Of a stretch of DNA of 64,000 bases, positions 1 to 9,569 are shown one piece after another (positions within the stretch are counted from its first letter, which is position 1; the number at the start of each line of letters is the position of its first letter). The stretch is from Hyaloraphidium curvatum SAG 235-1 (Eukaryota; Fungi; Monoblepharomycota). The translations under genes and the position numbers were made by a program. The DNA lies in contig JAIVFI010000032.1 in assembly GCA_025558095.1 (NCBI GenBank), positions 248,001-312,000 on the forward strand. The letters run 5' to 3'. The notes beneath the pieces are model-generated. The model was given only the letters and a program-made list of their open reading frames with translations. It had not been told where the DNA came from and did not search any database.

Positions 1-337
1 TTTTCCTGTCCTTATTCATGGACTTTGAGATGAAGCTGGCAATGGAGTTGAGGGCCTTCTCCTTCTGCCGCCTCGCTTTGATCGTGGGCTCGAACTCCTT
101 GATGCTAAGAGCCCAGAGCCAGGTCTCCATGTTCCACTCGCGGCCTAGTGCTTCCAATCTAGTCTGCAGCTGCTGGCGCCGCTCCGCATTTGCTGAACAG
201 TCTGCCACACAGGAGAAGGCCCTCAACTCCATTGCCAGCTTCATCTCAAAGTCCATGAAGGACAGGAAAACTGGGAAAATGAAAAAGACACACGACGACG
301 ATGAACTTTGCAATTAGCAGCAAACTCATGGTGTAAC
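1..337. mobile_element. Fold-back (inverted) fragment of a non-LTR retrotransposon 3' end
   Basis: 1-201 is the reverse complement of ~11812-12008 and 211-337 matches ~11950-12072 forward. 1-63 and 211-270 form an inverted repeat with a 3-nt indel. Confidence 0.8.
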
Positions 338-687
338 AGCGGCCAAGCCAGGGGCAGGTCCGGGTCACCAATACTATTCTATTCAAGACCTATATCAACG
401 GGACCATGGTGTTCCCACCTGGCAATGGATACACAGAGAGGTCTAGGCCATTGTGAGGACATGACAGAGGAGCAGTTCCCTGGTGTTAGACCACTGGACT
501 AAAGAGAAGGTACCACGTTTCTGGCCCAAGTGGTCTGACGTCTAAGAGCATGCCACACATAGGGAGCCATCACCTGGCATGTTGCGTGACCTACAGCTGG
601 TGGTTCAGTGGTTGCCCTAGGCTACGTGTCTTGCATCCGAGACCTCCAACCAAACGACTAGGATTCTTGCGGCGGGTGTGTGGCTCT

Positions 688-911
688 TGTTGGAATGGAT
701 CGTTGCTACGATTCTGTATCAATAGGGAGTCTATTGGCGTGTGGGGATACTTGGGTACGACCGGAGGGGTCATCTAGGGACTTGTCATCGCAAGGGAATG
801 GACAACGGGTCAACGTGAAACTGTCCCTCTCCCCATCCCGTCCATCTGAGTTCTGACCCGGTTCAGACCACTGGGGCTACGTCTTCCCCACGCCCCATAG
901 CCACTCCAACA
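688..911 (+). repeat. 5' LTR of the Copia element
   Basis: Identical by eye to 6039-6262; 7-bp terminal inverted repeats. Confidence 0.97.
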
Positions 912-924
912 GGTCTATGAGCCC
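912..924 (+). promoter_or_regulatory. Primer-binding site, half-tRNAiMet (anticodon-arm) type
   Basis: GGTCTATGAGCCC directly after the LTR resembles the copia/Ty5-type GGTTATGAGCCC with one extra C. Confidence 0.75.
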
Positions 925-1085
925 AAAGGGTGTCCAGAACACTTTTGCGCGGCTTTGAAGTTGCGTGTGGCGCAACCAGCCGAGGGGACCGCATCCAGCT
1001 GAGTCTGGTCTCCAGGACCGCCTGGGTGGACTCAGTGGGCGCTAGAAAGAGCGCGTGAAGCACTAGAGGTGCTGCGGCGGCCGGG

Positions 1086-4000
1086 ATGGAGATTTCGGTC
1101 GGAGGAACCCGTGTGGCATTGTTTGGGGGGGCCAAGCTCGAGGAAACCGGATCACAAACCAATTACCAGGATTGGTTAATTGACATCAAGGCCAAGCTCC
1201 AGAGGGAGAGTGACTGGCAAATTGTGACTGGAAAGGTGGCAAAGCCCGTGGTAGGGCAGGGAGGAAAGACGGAAGATGATTTGTCAGCCTGGAACACGAA
1301 GGACCAGAAAGCTCAAGGGATCCTGGTAGGATCACTCTCTATTGGTCTCAAAAGGATCTGCAGCAGGATGGACACTGCTAAGGACATCTGGGACTACCTA
1401 GAGAAGCGTTTCGTGACGGAAAATGTGGCGCAGCAAGGGAACGCCGAGGTCCAGTACTACAGCTTTGAGTTCATCAAAACCGACCGGGTGGCTCCGAATT
1501 TTACCCGCTTCATGCAGAAAAAGATGGAAGTTGAAGCACTGGGAAAGCTGAAGGGAGATGACGATGATATGAGCATCTGGAGGAAAGTCCTGAAGGACCT
1601 ACCTGAGTTCGATCAAGTTCGGGCCGAGATTGACGGCATTTGGCTGGGAGCACAGACCAAACACGAGTGGAAGACTGAAAATGGAGTGAAGAAACACCCT
1701 ATCTTGAACGTTGCATACCTTCAGAAGAGGATGGAGATGGAAGAGGAGACTATGATCAAGCGAGCTGAGCAAAATGGTGATACGTACTCACCTGGGGCAG
1801 CCAACATAACCGTGAATCCCGCTCCAAACACGTTGATGTACGCTCTAAACCGTGGCAGGGGTCGCGGAGGATCACGGGGTGGCCATGGAGGTGACCGCGG
1901 GGGTTCAAGGGGTCGCGGGCGAGGGTTCGGAAATCGCGGGGGTCGGCAGGCCACGGCGGAGGGCGAAAACGGCTCGGGAATCACGTGCCTCTGCTGCGGG
2001 AAGGGTGGACACGTCAAGAAGGACTGCACCCATCGTGACAAAACCTGCAACAAGTGCGGAAAGGACGGTCATCTCGAGGCCGTGTGCTGGAGGAAGGACG
2101 ATGGGAAAACGGCACGAGAGCAGCAGAACACGCTCACCCTGGGCGATCTCCCCGATCTGGAAGATCGATTCGGCGCGTTCCTGTTCATGATGGAGGGCGG
2201 AATCGAGGGAAACGATGGGGAGACGACGGGGGACGGTGGATACGAAAAACCCCCGGAACACGTCGTGCACGCGGCGAAGACGGGCCAGGAGATGCGCGGC
2301 AGGCTGATGGGGGATAGCGGCGCGTCCGTGCACGCGACGGGAATCAGGGAACTGCTCTACGGCATCAAGCCGTGCGATGCAGTTGATGTTCGAATGGGAA
2401 AAGGGATCGCGCGTGCGATCGAAGTCGGAAAGCTCAAGATCAAGCTCACCAATTCTGGCGACATCGTCACCCTGGAAGATGTGCTTTTCATCAAAGATCT
2501 TCCTGCAACGCTCATTTCGATTGGGAGACTAGGGCAGATGGGATACTACACGCTTCTGGGTCCGGATGGAGGGGCCATCACCAAGGGCGGCGACGTGCGG
2601 GGCACTTGCCGCATAGATCGTCACGTTTACTATCTCAACGCGGAAATCCTCAACGAGCATGACGAACAGATCATGCTGAGTGCTCAGGAAGGGGATTTGA
2701 GCGCGGAGATTGCGCATGGGCGCTGCGGGCACTACCCGATCGCGGCACTCAGGAAGGTTCAACAGGCTGGGATTGTGGATGGATTGGAGGAGTACGTGTT
2801 TGCTGGAAACCACAACAACTTCTGTAAGGAGTGCGTGATGGGGAAGATGCATCAGTTGCCCTATCCGGAGTCGGAGCGGAAAGTCTCGCGGCCGTTTGAG
2901 CTGACTCACTGGGACCTGATACAATCGGACGTTGCAACGGTGCATGGAGAACGCTGGGCATTGCATGCAGTCGACGAGTACACTTCTGCGGAGTTTGCGT
3001 TCCTATTGAAGCACAAATCGGAGGCGGAGGACTGGATGATGCACTTTGCCGAGTGGGTGAAGAACCAGTTCAGCCTAAAGGTCGGATGCATGCGGGTCGA
3101 TCCCGGAGGTGAATTCTCGTCAAAACGGCTCGAAGCGTACTGCAAGAACGAGGGAATCAAGTTGGAATCGTCGGTAACGAATCGGCCTGCGCAGAACGGA
3201 GTCATTGAGCGGCGGAACCGGACGGCTGAGGAAGGGACCCGGACCATCCTGATCGACTCGAAAGCGCCGAAGTCGTTATGGGGATACGCACTGCATCATC
3301 ACATCAACACACGGAATCGTTTGCCGAACACAAAGACGTGGCAGAAAGGGTCTACGCCGTTTCAACTGCTGACTGGGAGACGGGCGAACATTAGCCACAT
3401 CCGACGTTTCGGAGAAACGTGTTACGCGATCGTCGACAAGGATAAGCGCGGCAAATGGGATGCTAAGGCGGTACAATGCCGCTACCTGGGAATGAGCTCG
3501 CGATCGAAGGCATTTACGGTCCAGAATCTTGAGACCGGGCGGATTTTTGACTCACGTGATGTCGTTTTCGAGGAACGCTGGTCAAACAAGACGCTCAAGA
3601 GCTACATGCAGGTTCTGGAAAGCAGAGTTTCGGTCGAAAAACTACCTGAGGACGCGGACCCGAGCGCTGTATTGAACCGTCGACTTGCAGTGGAGGAGTC
3701 GGCGCAGCCTGAGGAATTGGAGGCGTCACCGGAGACGCCACGGCGGGTCCGTTCCGCAGATCCAATCGACGACGGCAACCAGGAGCATCGTGGGACACAG
3801 GGAGACCGTGTGCAGCGTCAACCTGAGCGCCAGGAGGCCGGGGGAGGAGGTCAAAGACTGGAAGTTGGAGGTACTCAACATCAATCTTCAAGTTCCGGCA
3901 GCCGAGGCGCGGATTTACGTCTGTCACGCGATCAACGAGCTCAGAGCGAAAGTGAGGACGAGCTGGTGGCTCGTGGAAGAGGCTCTGGGAACAGTGGAAG

Positions 4001-5990
4001 TGGCAATCCAGGGGGAGGAAAGGCAGTTGGTGGATCGCAACTTTCTGGTGATCGTGCGGCTAGGGAAGCCACAGACCAACGTGGGGAGCCTGGAGGAGCA
4101 TCTTCATCAAGCAGCGGAGCTCAGGGAGGCGCTGGGGCGGCTGGAACGGGCTCTAAGATACCTTTACCTACAAGGTCATCCAGCAGAGCTCCAAGACCTC
4201 CTGGGGAGTGGTGGAAAGCCCCCAACACGAGCAACGAGAAGGAGATCAACGTGATCACGCTGGAATCGATCAATTTCCTGATGGAGGAGGTCCAGGACCA
4301 CCTGGACTGGCAGGGACACCTACCAACTTGGGAGGACATGGCACACATGGATGGAATCTTTGCTGCAAGCACTGGAGCACGTGTACCACGGAACTATGCA
4401 GAGGCAATGCGTTCAGAGGATCGTGAGATGTGGGCCAAGGCAATGGAACGTGAGATTGGCAACTTCAAGAGCAGAGATGCGTACAACATCATGGGCTTGC
4501 CTGAGGGCAAGGAAAAATTCGCGGTTGGAAGCCAATTTGTATTTGACCTCAAACCTGGAGCTGATGGCAGCATTGTGGGGGAGGAAAACTACAAGGCTCG
4601 ATGGGTGGCAAGGGGTGATTGGCAGGATCCATCTTCTTTTGGTCAATCCTTTGCACCTGTACCTTCTGCTGCTGCTGTACGGCTTTTCTTTTGGCTTTCT
4701 GCTCAGAACAACATGATTGTACATCAGGCAGATGCAAACGCGGCATTCCTACAGGCTAAGCTCCAGGAGAACGAGGAAGTTTACTTGTATCCAGCTCAAG
4801 GGATGGATTTACCTGAGTTTACTGATGGAAGACCTACTGTAATTCGACCTGGAGTCGCGGTTTATGGACTTGTGCAAGCTGCACGTGCTTGGCACAGACA
4901 CCTGCACGAGATACTCACGGAGATGGGGCTTATACGTTGCTCAAAGGAGTACTGCATCTACTTTCTGCGGCAAGATGATTGGTTTCTTTTGATGATTATT
5001 CATGTGGACGACTTTGGATGTAGCTCAACGGACGAAAAACGGACGATTGCATTTCTTGAGGAGCTGGGAAAGCGGATTAAGATACGTTATATGGGTCGCA
5101 TGAAAAAGTTCCTGGCTTTGGAAATCAAGCAGGACGAGAAGGCTGGAACAATCACAATCAAGCAGTCCAACTACATCAAGAAAGCCTTGGAGGACTTCGG
5201 AATGGACACTTGCAATGCAGTTTCTGTACCTATGGACGTTGGGGTGAAGCTCAGGAAACGGAAGACGGAGTTGTCTGCTGCTGAGGAGCAGGAAATCGGA
5301 CGTTTTCCGTTCAGATCAATGGTGGGAAGTTGGATGTATGCTATGAACTTCACCAGGCCAGACATTGCCTTACCTATTATCACGGAGAGCCGTCATGGGA
5401 TGGCACCTACTCGTGAAGCAGTGGAGCAAGTCAAGAAGACAACCAGATACTTGAAGGGAACAGCTGATTTTGGCTTGGTTTACAAGAGGGATCCGAATCT
5501 GGACATGACCAAAGCATTGCATGGATATGCAGACGCCAGTTTTGCTGGGGATCTTGACACTGGGAAGTCAACAACTGGGGTTGTAGTGATGATGGGGAAC
5601 GGTCTTATCATCTACAAGTCGCAACTGCAACCAGTGGTGGCTCTTTCAACAACAGAGGCCGAGTACATGGCTCTATCTTATGCTGGACGTCAAGTTGCGT
5701 GGCTAAGGAGTTTATTGGAGGAATTGGGATTTCCTCAGCAAGGGCCAACAGTCATCAAGGAGGACAATGAGGGGGCTATCAAGCTGGCGCAGAATCCTGT
5801 CTTTCATGAACGTACCAAGCACATTGGAGTGCAGTACCATTTTGTGAGGGAGAAAATTGATAGTGGAGAGATACAGCTGGAGTACATCAACACAGAGGAC
5901 CAGCTTGCGGATCTGCTCACCAAACAGCTACCAAGGGAGAAGTTTCAACGTTTCAGGGCACTTATGGGAATTGTAGAGATTCGTGACTAA
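1086..5990 (+). CDS. Copia Gag-Pol polyprotein (Gag, two CCHC knuckles, PR, IN, RT, RNase H), 1634 aa
   Basis: CLCCGKGGHVKKDC and CNKCGKDGHLEAVC knuckles; PR DSGAS; IN HGRCGH..CKEC, HWD, DPGGEF, QNGVIER; RT YKARWVARG, HVDD; RNase H YADASFA, STTEAEY, EDN, DQLADLLTK. PR-IN-RT-RH order is diagnostic of Copia. Confidence 0.98.
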   Translation: MEISVGGTRVALFGGAKLEETGSQTNYQDWLIDIKAKLQRESDWQIVTGKVAKPVVGQGGKTEDDLSAWNTKDQKAQGILVGSLSIGLKRICSRMDTAKDIWDYLEKRFVTENVAQQGNAEVQYYSFEFIKTDRVAPNFTRFMQKKMEVEALGKLKGDDDDMSIWRKVLKDLPEFDQVRAEIDGIWLGAQTKHEWKTENGVKKHPILNVAYLQKRMEMEEETMIKRAEQNGDTYSPGAANITVNPAPNTLMYALNRGRGRGGSRGGHGGDRGGSRGRGRGFGNRGGRQATAEGENGSGITCLCCGKGGHVKKDCTHRDKTCNKCGKDGHLEAVCWRKDDGKTAREQQNTLTLGDLPDLEDRFGAFLFMMEGGIEGNDGETTGDGGYEKPPEHVVHAAKTGQEMRGRLMGDSGASVHATGIRELLYGIKPCDAVDVRMGKGIARAIEVGKLKIKLTNSGDIVTLEDVLFIKDLPATLISIGRLGQMGYYTLLGPDGGAITKGGDVRGTCRIDRHVYYLNAEILNEHDEQIMLSAQEGDLSAEIAHGRCGHYPIAALRKVQQAGIVDGLEEYVFAGNHNNFCKECVMGKMHQLPYPESERKVSRPFELTHWDLIQSDVATVHGERWALHAVDEYTSAEFAFLLKHKSEAEDWMMHFAEWVKNQFSLKVGCMRVDPGGEFSSKRLEAYCKNEGIKLESSVTNRPAQNGVIERRNRTAEEGTRTILIDSKAPKSLWGYALHHHINTRNRLPNTKTWQKGSTPFQLLTGRRANISHIRRFGETCYAIVDKDKRGKWDAKAVQCRYLGMSSRSKAFTVQNLETGRIFDSRDVVFEERWSNKTLKSYMQVLESRVSVEKLPEDADPSAVLNRRLAVEESAQPEELEASPETPRRVRSADPIDDGNQEHRGTQGDRVQRQPERQEAGGGGQRLEVGGTQHQSSSSGSRGADLRLSRDQRAQSESEDELVARGRGSGNSGSGNPGGGKAVGGSQLSGDRAAREATDQRGEPGGASSSSSGAQGGAGAAGTGSKIPLPTRSSSRAPRPPGEWWKAPNTSNEKEINVITLESINFLMEEVQDHLDWQGHLPTWEDMAHMDGIFAASTGARVPRNYAEAMRSEDREMWAKAMEREIGNFKSRDAYNIMGLPEGKEKFAVGSQFVFDLKPGADGSIVGEENYKARWVARGDWQDPSSFGQSFAPVPSAAAVRLFFWLSAQNNMIVHQADANAAFLQAKLQENEEVYLYPAQGMDLPEFTDGRPTVIRPGVAVYGLVQAARAWHRHLHEILTEMGLIRCSKEYCIYFLRQDDWFLLMIIHVDDFGCSSTDEKRTIAFLEELGKRIKIRYMGRMKKFLALEIKQDEKAGTITIKQSNYIKKALEDFGMDTCNAVSVPMDVGVKLRKRKTELSAAEEQEIGRFPFRSMVGSWMYAMNFTRPDIALPIITESRHGMAPTREAVEQVKKTTRYLKGTADFGLVYKRDPNLDMTKALHGYADASFAGDLDTGKSTTGVVVMMGNGLIIYKSQLQPVVALSTTEAEYMALSYAGRQVAWLRSLLEELGFPQQGPTVIKEDNEGAIKLAQNPVFHERTKHIGVQYHFVREKIDSGEIQLEYINTEDQLADLLTKQLPREKFQRFRALMGIVEIRD

Positions 5991-6038
5991 CTTTGGGGAT
6001 TTCTGGACACTTCTTGGGAATCTTGCAACGAGGGGGAG

Positions 6039-6262
6039 TGTTGGAATGGATCGTTGCTACGATTCTGTATCAATAGGGAGTCTATTGGCGTGTGGGGATA
6101 CTTGGGTACGACCGGAGGGGTCATCTAGGGACTTGTCATCGCAAGGGAATGGACAACGGGTCAACGTGAAACTGTCCCTCTCCCCATCCCGTCCATCTGA
6201 GTTCTGACCCGGTTCAGACCACTGGGGCTACGTCTTCCCCACGCCCCATAGCCACTCCAACA
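6039..6262 (+). repeat. 3' LTR of the Copia element
   Basis: Follows the PPT, identical to the 5' LTR, followed by TSD GCTCT. Confidence 0.97.
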
Positions 6263-6494
6263 GCTCTGTCTCAATGCATGATCGCTGTGGCATGCCAGCA
6301 TGCTTCAGGCTAGGATTTTGGGAGTGATTGTGCTGCTCTGGTCTTCAAGCGGTGTTGGTTTGTTGGCCGACATGCCACATGCCTTGAGCCACGCTCTGGC
6401 TACGAACGACAATATGAGATGCATATCGTCCCATGAAGGGAGGAGATGTCACCTGTGCGGTCAGGTCGTGCTATACGGTCGAGGACCGGAAAAG

Positions 6495-6718
6495 TGTTGG
6501 AGTGGCTATGGGGCGTGGGGAAGACGTAGCCCCAGTGGTCTGAACCGGGTCAGAACTCAGATGGACGGGATGGGGAGAGGGACAGTTTCACGTTTACCCG
6601 TTGCCCATTCCCTTGCGATGACAAGTCCCTAGATGACCCCTCCGGTCGTACCCAAGTATCCCCACACGCCAATAGACTCCCTATTGAGATAGAATTGTAG
6701 CAACAATCCATTCCAACA
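6495..6718 (-). repeat. LTR (3' LTR of the minus-strand element)
   Basis: Reverse complement of the 224-bp LTR; 6 substitutions versus 688-911 by manual comparison. Confidence 0.95.
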
Positions 6719-7102
6719 CTCCCCCTTGTTGCAAGATTCCCTCCAGTGCATATCAATCCCAACAACGTAGCAATGCATAGGTTCCAACACTCCCCCTCGT
6801 TGCAAAGTTGTCTCCCAGTTATGTTCTCCAGTTGCTATCCAGTTGCAATTATCAAGTCACTTTCAATACTCCCCTCCTGTCAAGAATCCCTGAGAAATCT
6901 CCAGTTTCACTTTCAAATCTCCACAAATCCCCGAAGTGCTTTGAAATGCTCAAACTTAGCTATCCATTTTTGGTCCTTCAAGTCCAGTCATTTGCATCAC
7001 AGTGTTATGCACCTCTTGCTAGTTTCCTGCACACAGACTGGTTCTGCCTCGTTGCACATTGCACAGATCCTTCACGTAAGGTCTGCTGATCTAAATCAAA
7101 GC

Positions 7103-9121
7103 TCAACAGTCCCATTGCATGCGTGGTTTCTCCAGGTCCTTCCACCTGGTCAGTTTCCACCATTCCAGAGTCTTCCTAGAGTATCTGGCTCTTCCATTGG
7201 TCACATGCTCTCCTCCTTTAGAGTCCATCCAGTTGTCCTTCAAGCTTGTTGGCAAAGCACTCTGATGATGTCCTTGCAACACCTCCTCCACGTGTCCCGT
7301 GTTGACTGGATCAAAAGCACATCTCCCAGAAAGTGATTCACCAACAGCAAGTCTCCCAGAAAGTGAGTCACCCTTCATCACTCCCCCTGAATCGCTTTCT
7401 TCTGCTCCTTCCAGGAATGGGTCGTTTCCTGTACAGTGCCCAAGAACATCTGTATCACCAATACCCTTTGTCTCTGGTTCACCACCCTCAGGATCCAGTT
7501 TGTTGCAAGCATCAGATCTCACAGACTCTCCATGCAGCTCCACCTCCTCCTGAATCATGTCTGGTTCGGAGTGATCTTCCATCAAAATGTCCCTGTCAAG
7601 TTCGCAAAGCAGCTGTTCATTTGCATCTTTAGTCTCCTTTCCCAAGTCAGCAACAAAATCTGTTTCAGCATCTCCATTCTGAACCAAATTCAAATCCCCC
7701 TGGTTGTCCAGCATGATCAAATCGTCTTGCATGAGTGTCTGCTGCATCCCTCCATATGATGCGTCCAATTTCTCAGCTCTGCTGAAGGTACTTCCACTTC
7801 CACAGTCAGGCCCTCCTCTGGTCAAGTCACACACCTCATGTCCTTCGAAATCCGAGCCTCTAGCTCCCTCTGCAAGGTAGGGATCATCCTCCACGATCTC
7901 TGCGTTCATCTGATACGAGCCGTTGTGCAAACTCAGTGTTCCCATGAGTTCACCCTCTGGGGAAAGAATATTGCCACCCTCTGGGCCCAACAGCACCAGG
8001 AATCCCATCTTCACCACGCTCTCAATCGATGGCAATGCTCCACATCGATCTCCAATGTTTGCATCCTCCATCAAAGTGATGATCTTCCCTGTCAAGAACC
8101 TCAGTTGTGTCTTCTGAATACCGCCCGCCATCGCCGATCCCTTCGTGGTCCCAAAGTCACGTAGGCCACAAACATCCTCTCCAAAAAGTGGTTCCTCGAC
8201 CTCCAACACGTTCCTAGACGCGTTATTTTCCTCCATGGTCCTGTCCCCGAGAGCATTCACGTGTGCTGCCTTCCTGGAACCCTCCAGCACTTCGCGCCCG
8301 CGCTCCTCCCCGTGGAACGCGTTCTCCTTCCAATCCTTGACTCCCAGTGCCACTACCATATCCACGAGGTTCTCCTTGATCAGATTATCGTCCAAGGTAA
8401 GCTCCATCTGCTTCTCCTCACGCGCATTGGTCTCCGCGATCCTCTTACAGAGTGTCTCCCAGTGTCCAGGTTCCCCGCACCGAAGACACGCGTTTCCGCG
8501 GTGTAAGCAATTCCTGGCGTAATGCCCAACCTCTCCACACATATAGCAAGCGTTTCTCGACGCGTTTCTCGTGCTTCCACGTGATTGATCACCACCTCGC
8601 TCGACACCGCGTCGTTTCTGACCTCTGACACGTTTTCCATCGCCATCTCGGCCTCCCTTGGATGCTCCTCCATCTGATCTTCGAGTTTCCACGGTCGATT
8701 GTGCTCCCTGGCACTCCTCATTGGCGCTCCGTCCCGCTGTGCCTTCAGACGTGTTCCAGAGTTCGTTCTCCCTCGCGAATTTCCTCTCCAGACCGTCCCA
8801 GATCTCCCTGGCAGTGTCCACAGAGAAGAATACACGTTGCAGTGCCCTTGGTAGAGTCTCCAGGATCAATCCCTGGGCCACTTGGTCGTGTGCAATCCAG
8901 TCGTCCATGTCCTTGGTCGTGGCCCCTGCCACACCCACAGTTGGCTTTGCCATTGCTCCTGTCACGTAGGGCAACAGTCCTTCTATCTGGAGCTTCTTTT
9001 CCATCGCAAGCTTCCAGTCTCGGAGGTTCCTTCCGTACTCCCTGAGAATGGTCCCCTGTACCACTCTCCATATTCTGCCTCCCATCGTGAACTCAATTCC
9101 ACGATCCCGCAAGCTCCTCAT
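7103..9121 (-). CDS. Diverged Gag N-terminus, two CCHC knuckles, pseudo-protease and acidic tail (no integrase or RT)
   Basis: Aligns by eye to the neighbouring Gag (DTAREIWDGLERKF vs DTAKDIWDYLEKRF). Knuckles CYMCGEVGHYARNC and CLRCGEPGHWETLC. Protease region has ENNAS in place of DSGAS. Ends near an EWWK motif shared with the IN-RT linker. First ATG at 9121. Confidence 0.85.
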   Translation of the reverse strand: MRSLRDRGIEFTMGGRIWRVVQGTILREYGRNLRDWKLAMEKKLQIEGLLPYVTGAMAKPTVGVAGATTKDMDDWIAHDQVAQGLILETLPRALQRVFFSVDTAREIWDGLERKFARENELWNTSEGTAGRSANEECQGAQSTVETRRSDGGASKGGRDGDGKRVRGQKRRGVERGGDQSRGSTRNASRNACYMCGEVGHYARNCLHRGNACLRCGEPGHWETLCKRIAETNAREEKQMELTLDDNLIKENLVDMVVALGVKDWKENAFHGEERGREVLEGSRKAAHVNALGDRTMEENNASRNVLEVEEPLFGEDVCGLRDFGTTKGSAMAGGIQKTQLRFLTGKIITLMEDANIGDRCGALPSIESVVKMGFLVLLGPEGGNILSPEGELMGTLSLHNGSYQMNAEIVEDDPYLAEGARGSDFEGHEVCDLTRGGPDCGSGSTFSRAEKLDASYGGMQQTLMQDDLIMLDNQGDLNLVQNGDAETDFVADLGKETKDANEQLLCELDRDILMEDHSEPDMIQEEVELHGESVRSDACNKLDPEGGEPETKGIGDTDVLGHCTGNDPFLEGAEESDSGGVMKGDSLSGRLAVGESLSGRCAFDPVNTGHVEEVLQGHHQSALPTSLKDNWMDSKGGEHVTNGRARYSRKTLEWWKLTRWKDLEKPRMQWDC

Positions 9122-9271
9122 CTTGAGCACGCTCTCTTTCAGCGTTCTCCAACCTGTCCAGGCAGTTCCAGAACCAGCGTTGGTAGATTGCGGCTCCCCC
9201 GGCTATGTGCGCCACCCGGCAACTTCACAGCCGCATCTTTCGTCTTTCACAACCCTTTGGGCTCATAGACC

Positions 9272-9344
9272 TGTTGGAGTGGCTATGGGGCGTGGGGAAG
9301 ACGTAGCCCCAGTGGTCTGAACCGGGTCAGAACTCAGATGGACG
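9272..9344 (-). repeat. Partial LTR (73 bp, U5 end) adjacent to the PBS
   Basis: Reverse complement of the last 73 nt of the LTR; breaks at ...CAGATGGACG. Confidence 0.93.
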
Positions 9345-9345
9345 T

Positions 9346-9569
9346 TGTTGGAATGGATTGTTGCTACGATTCTATCTCAATAGGGAGTCTATTGGCGTGT
9401 GGGGATACTTGGGTACGACCGGAGGGGTCATCTAGGGACTTGTCATCGCAAGGGAATGGACAACGGGTAAACGTGAAACTGTCCCTCTCCCCATCCCGTC
9501 CATCTGAGTTCTGACCCGGTTCAGACCACTGGGGCTACGTCTTCCCCACGCCCCATAGCCACTCCAACA
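9346..9569 (+). repeat. Full LTR in inverted orientation forming the right terminus
   Basis: 224 bp. Shares the four diagnostic variants of the 6495-6718 LTR (GATTGTTG, CTATCTCAAT, GGTAAACG) and differs from it at 2 sites. Confidence 0.95.

Larger units (their letters stand above)
688..6262 (+). mobile_element. Full-length Ty1/Copia LTR retrotransposon
   Basis: Two 224-bp LTRs (TGTTGGA...TCCAACA), 5-bp TSD GCTCT (683-687 and 6263-6267), PBS at 912, PPT GAGGGGGAG at 6030-6038, single gag-pol ORF. Confidence 0.98.
6495..9569 (-). mobile_element. Non-autonomous Copia-derived LTR element sharing LTRs with the neighbouring autonomous element
   Basis: Minus-strand LTR 6495-6718, PPT 6719-6727, gag-like ORF, PBS (reverse complement) at 9259-9271, partial LTR 9272-9344 and plus-strand LTR 9346-9569. 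Flanked by AAAAG at 6490-6494 and 9570-9574. Confidence 0.92.
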
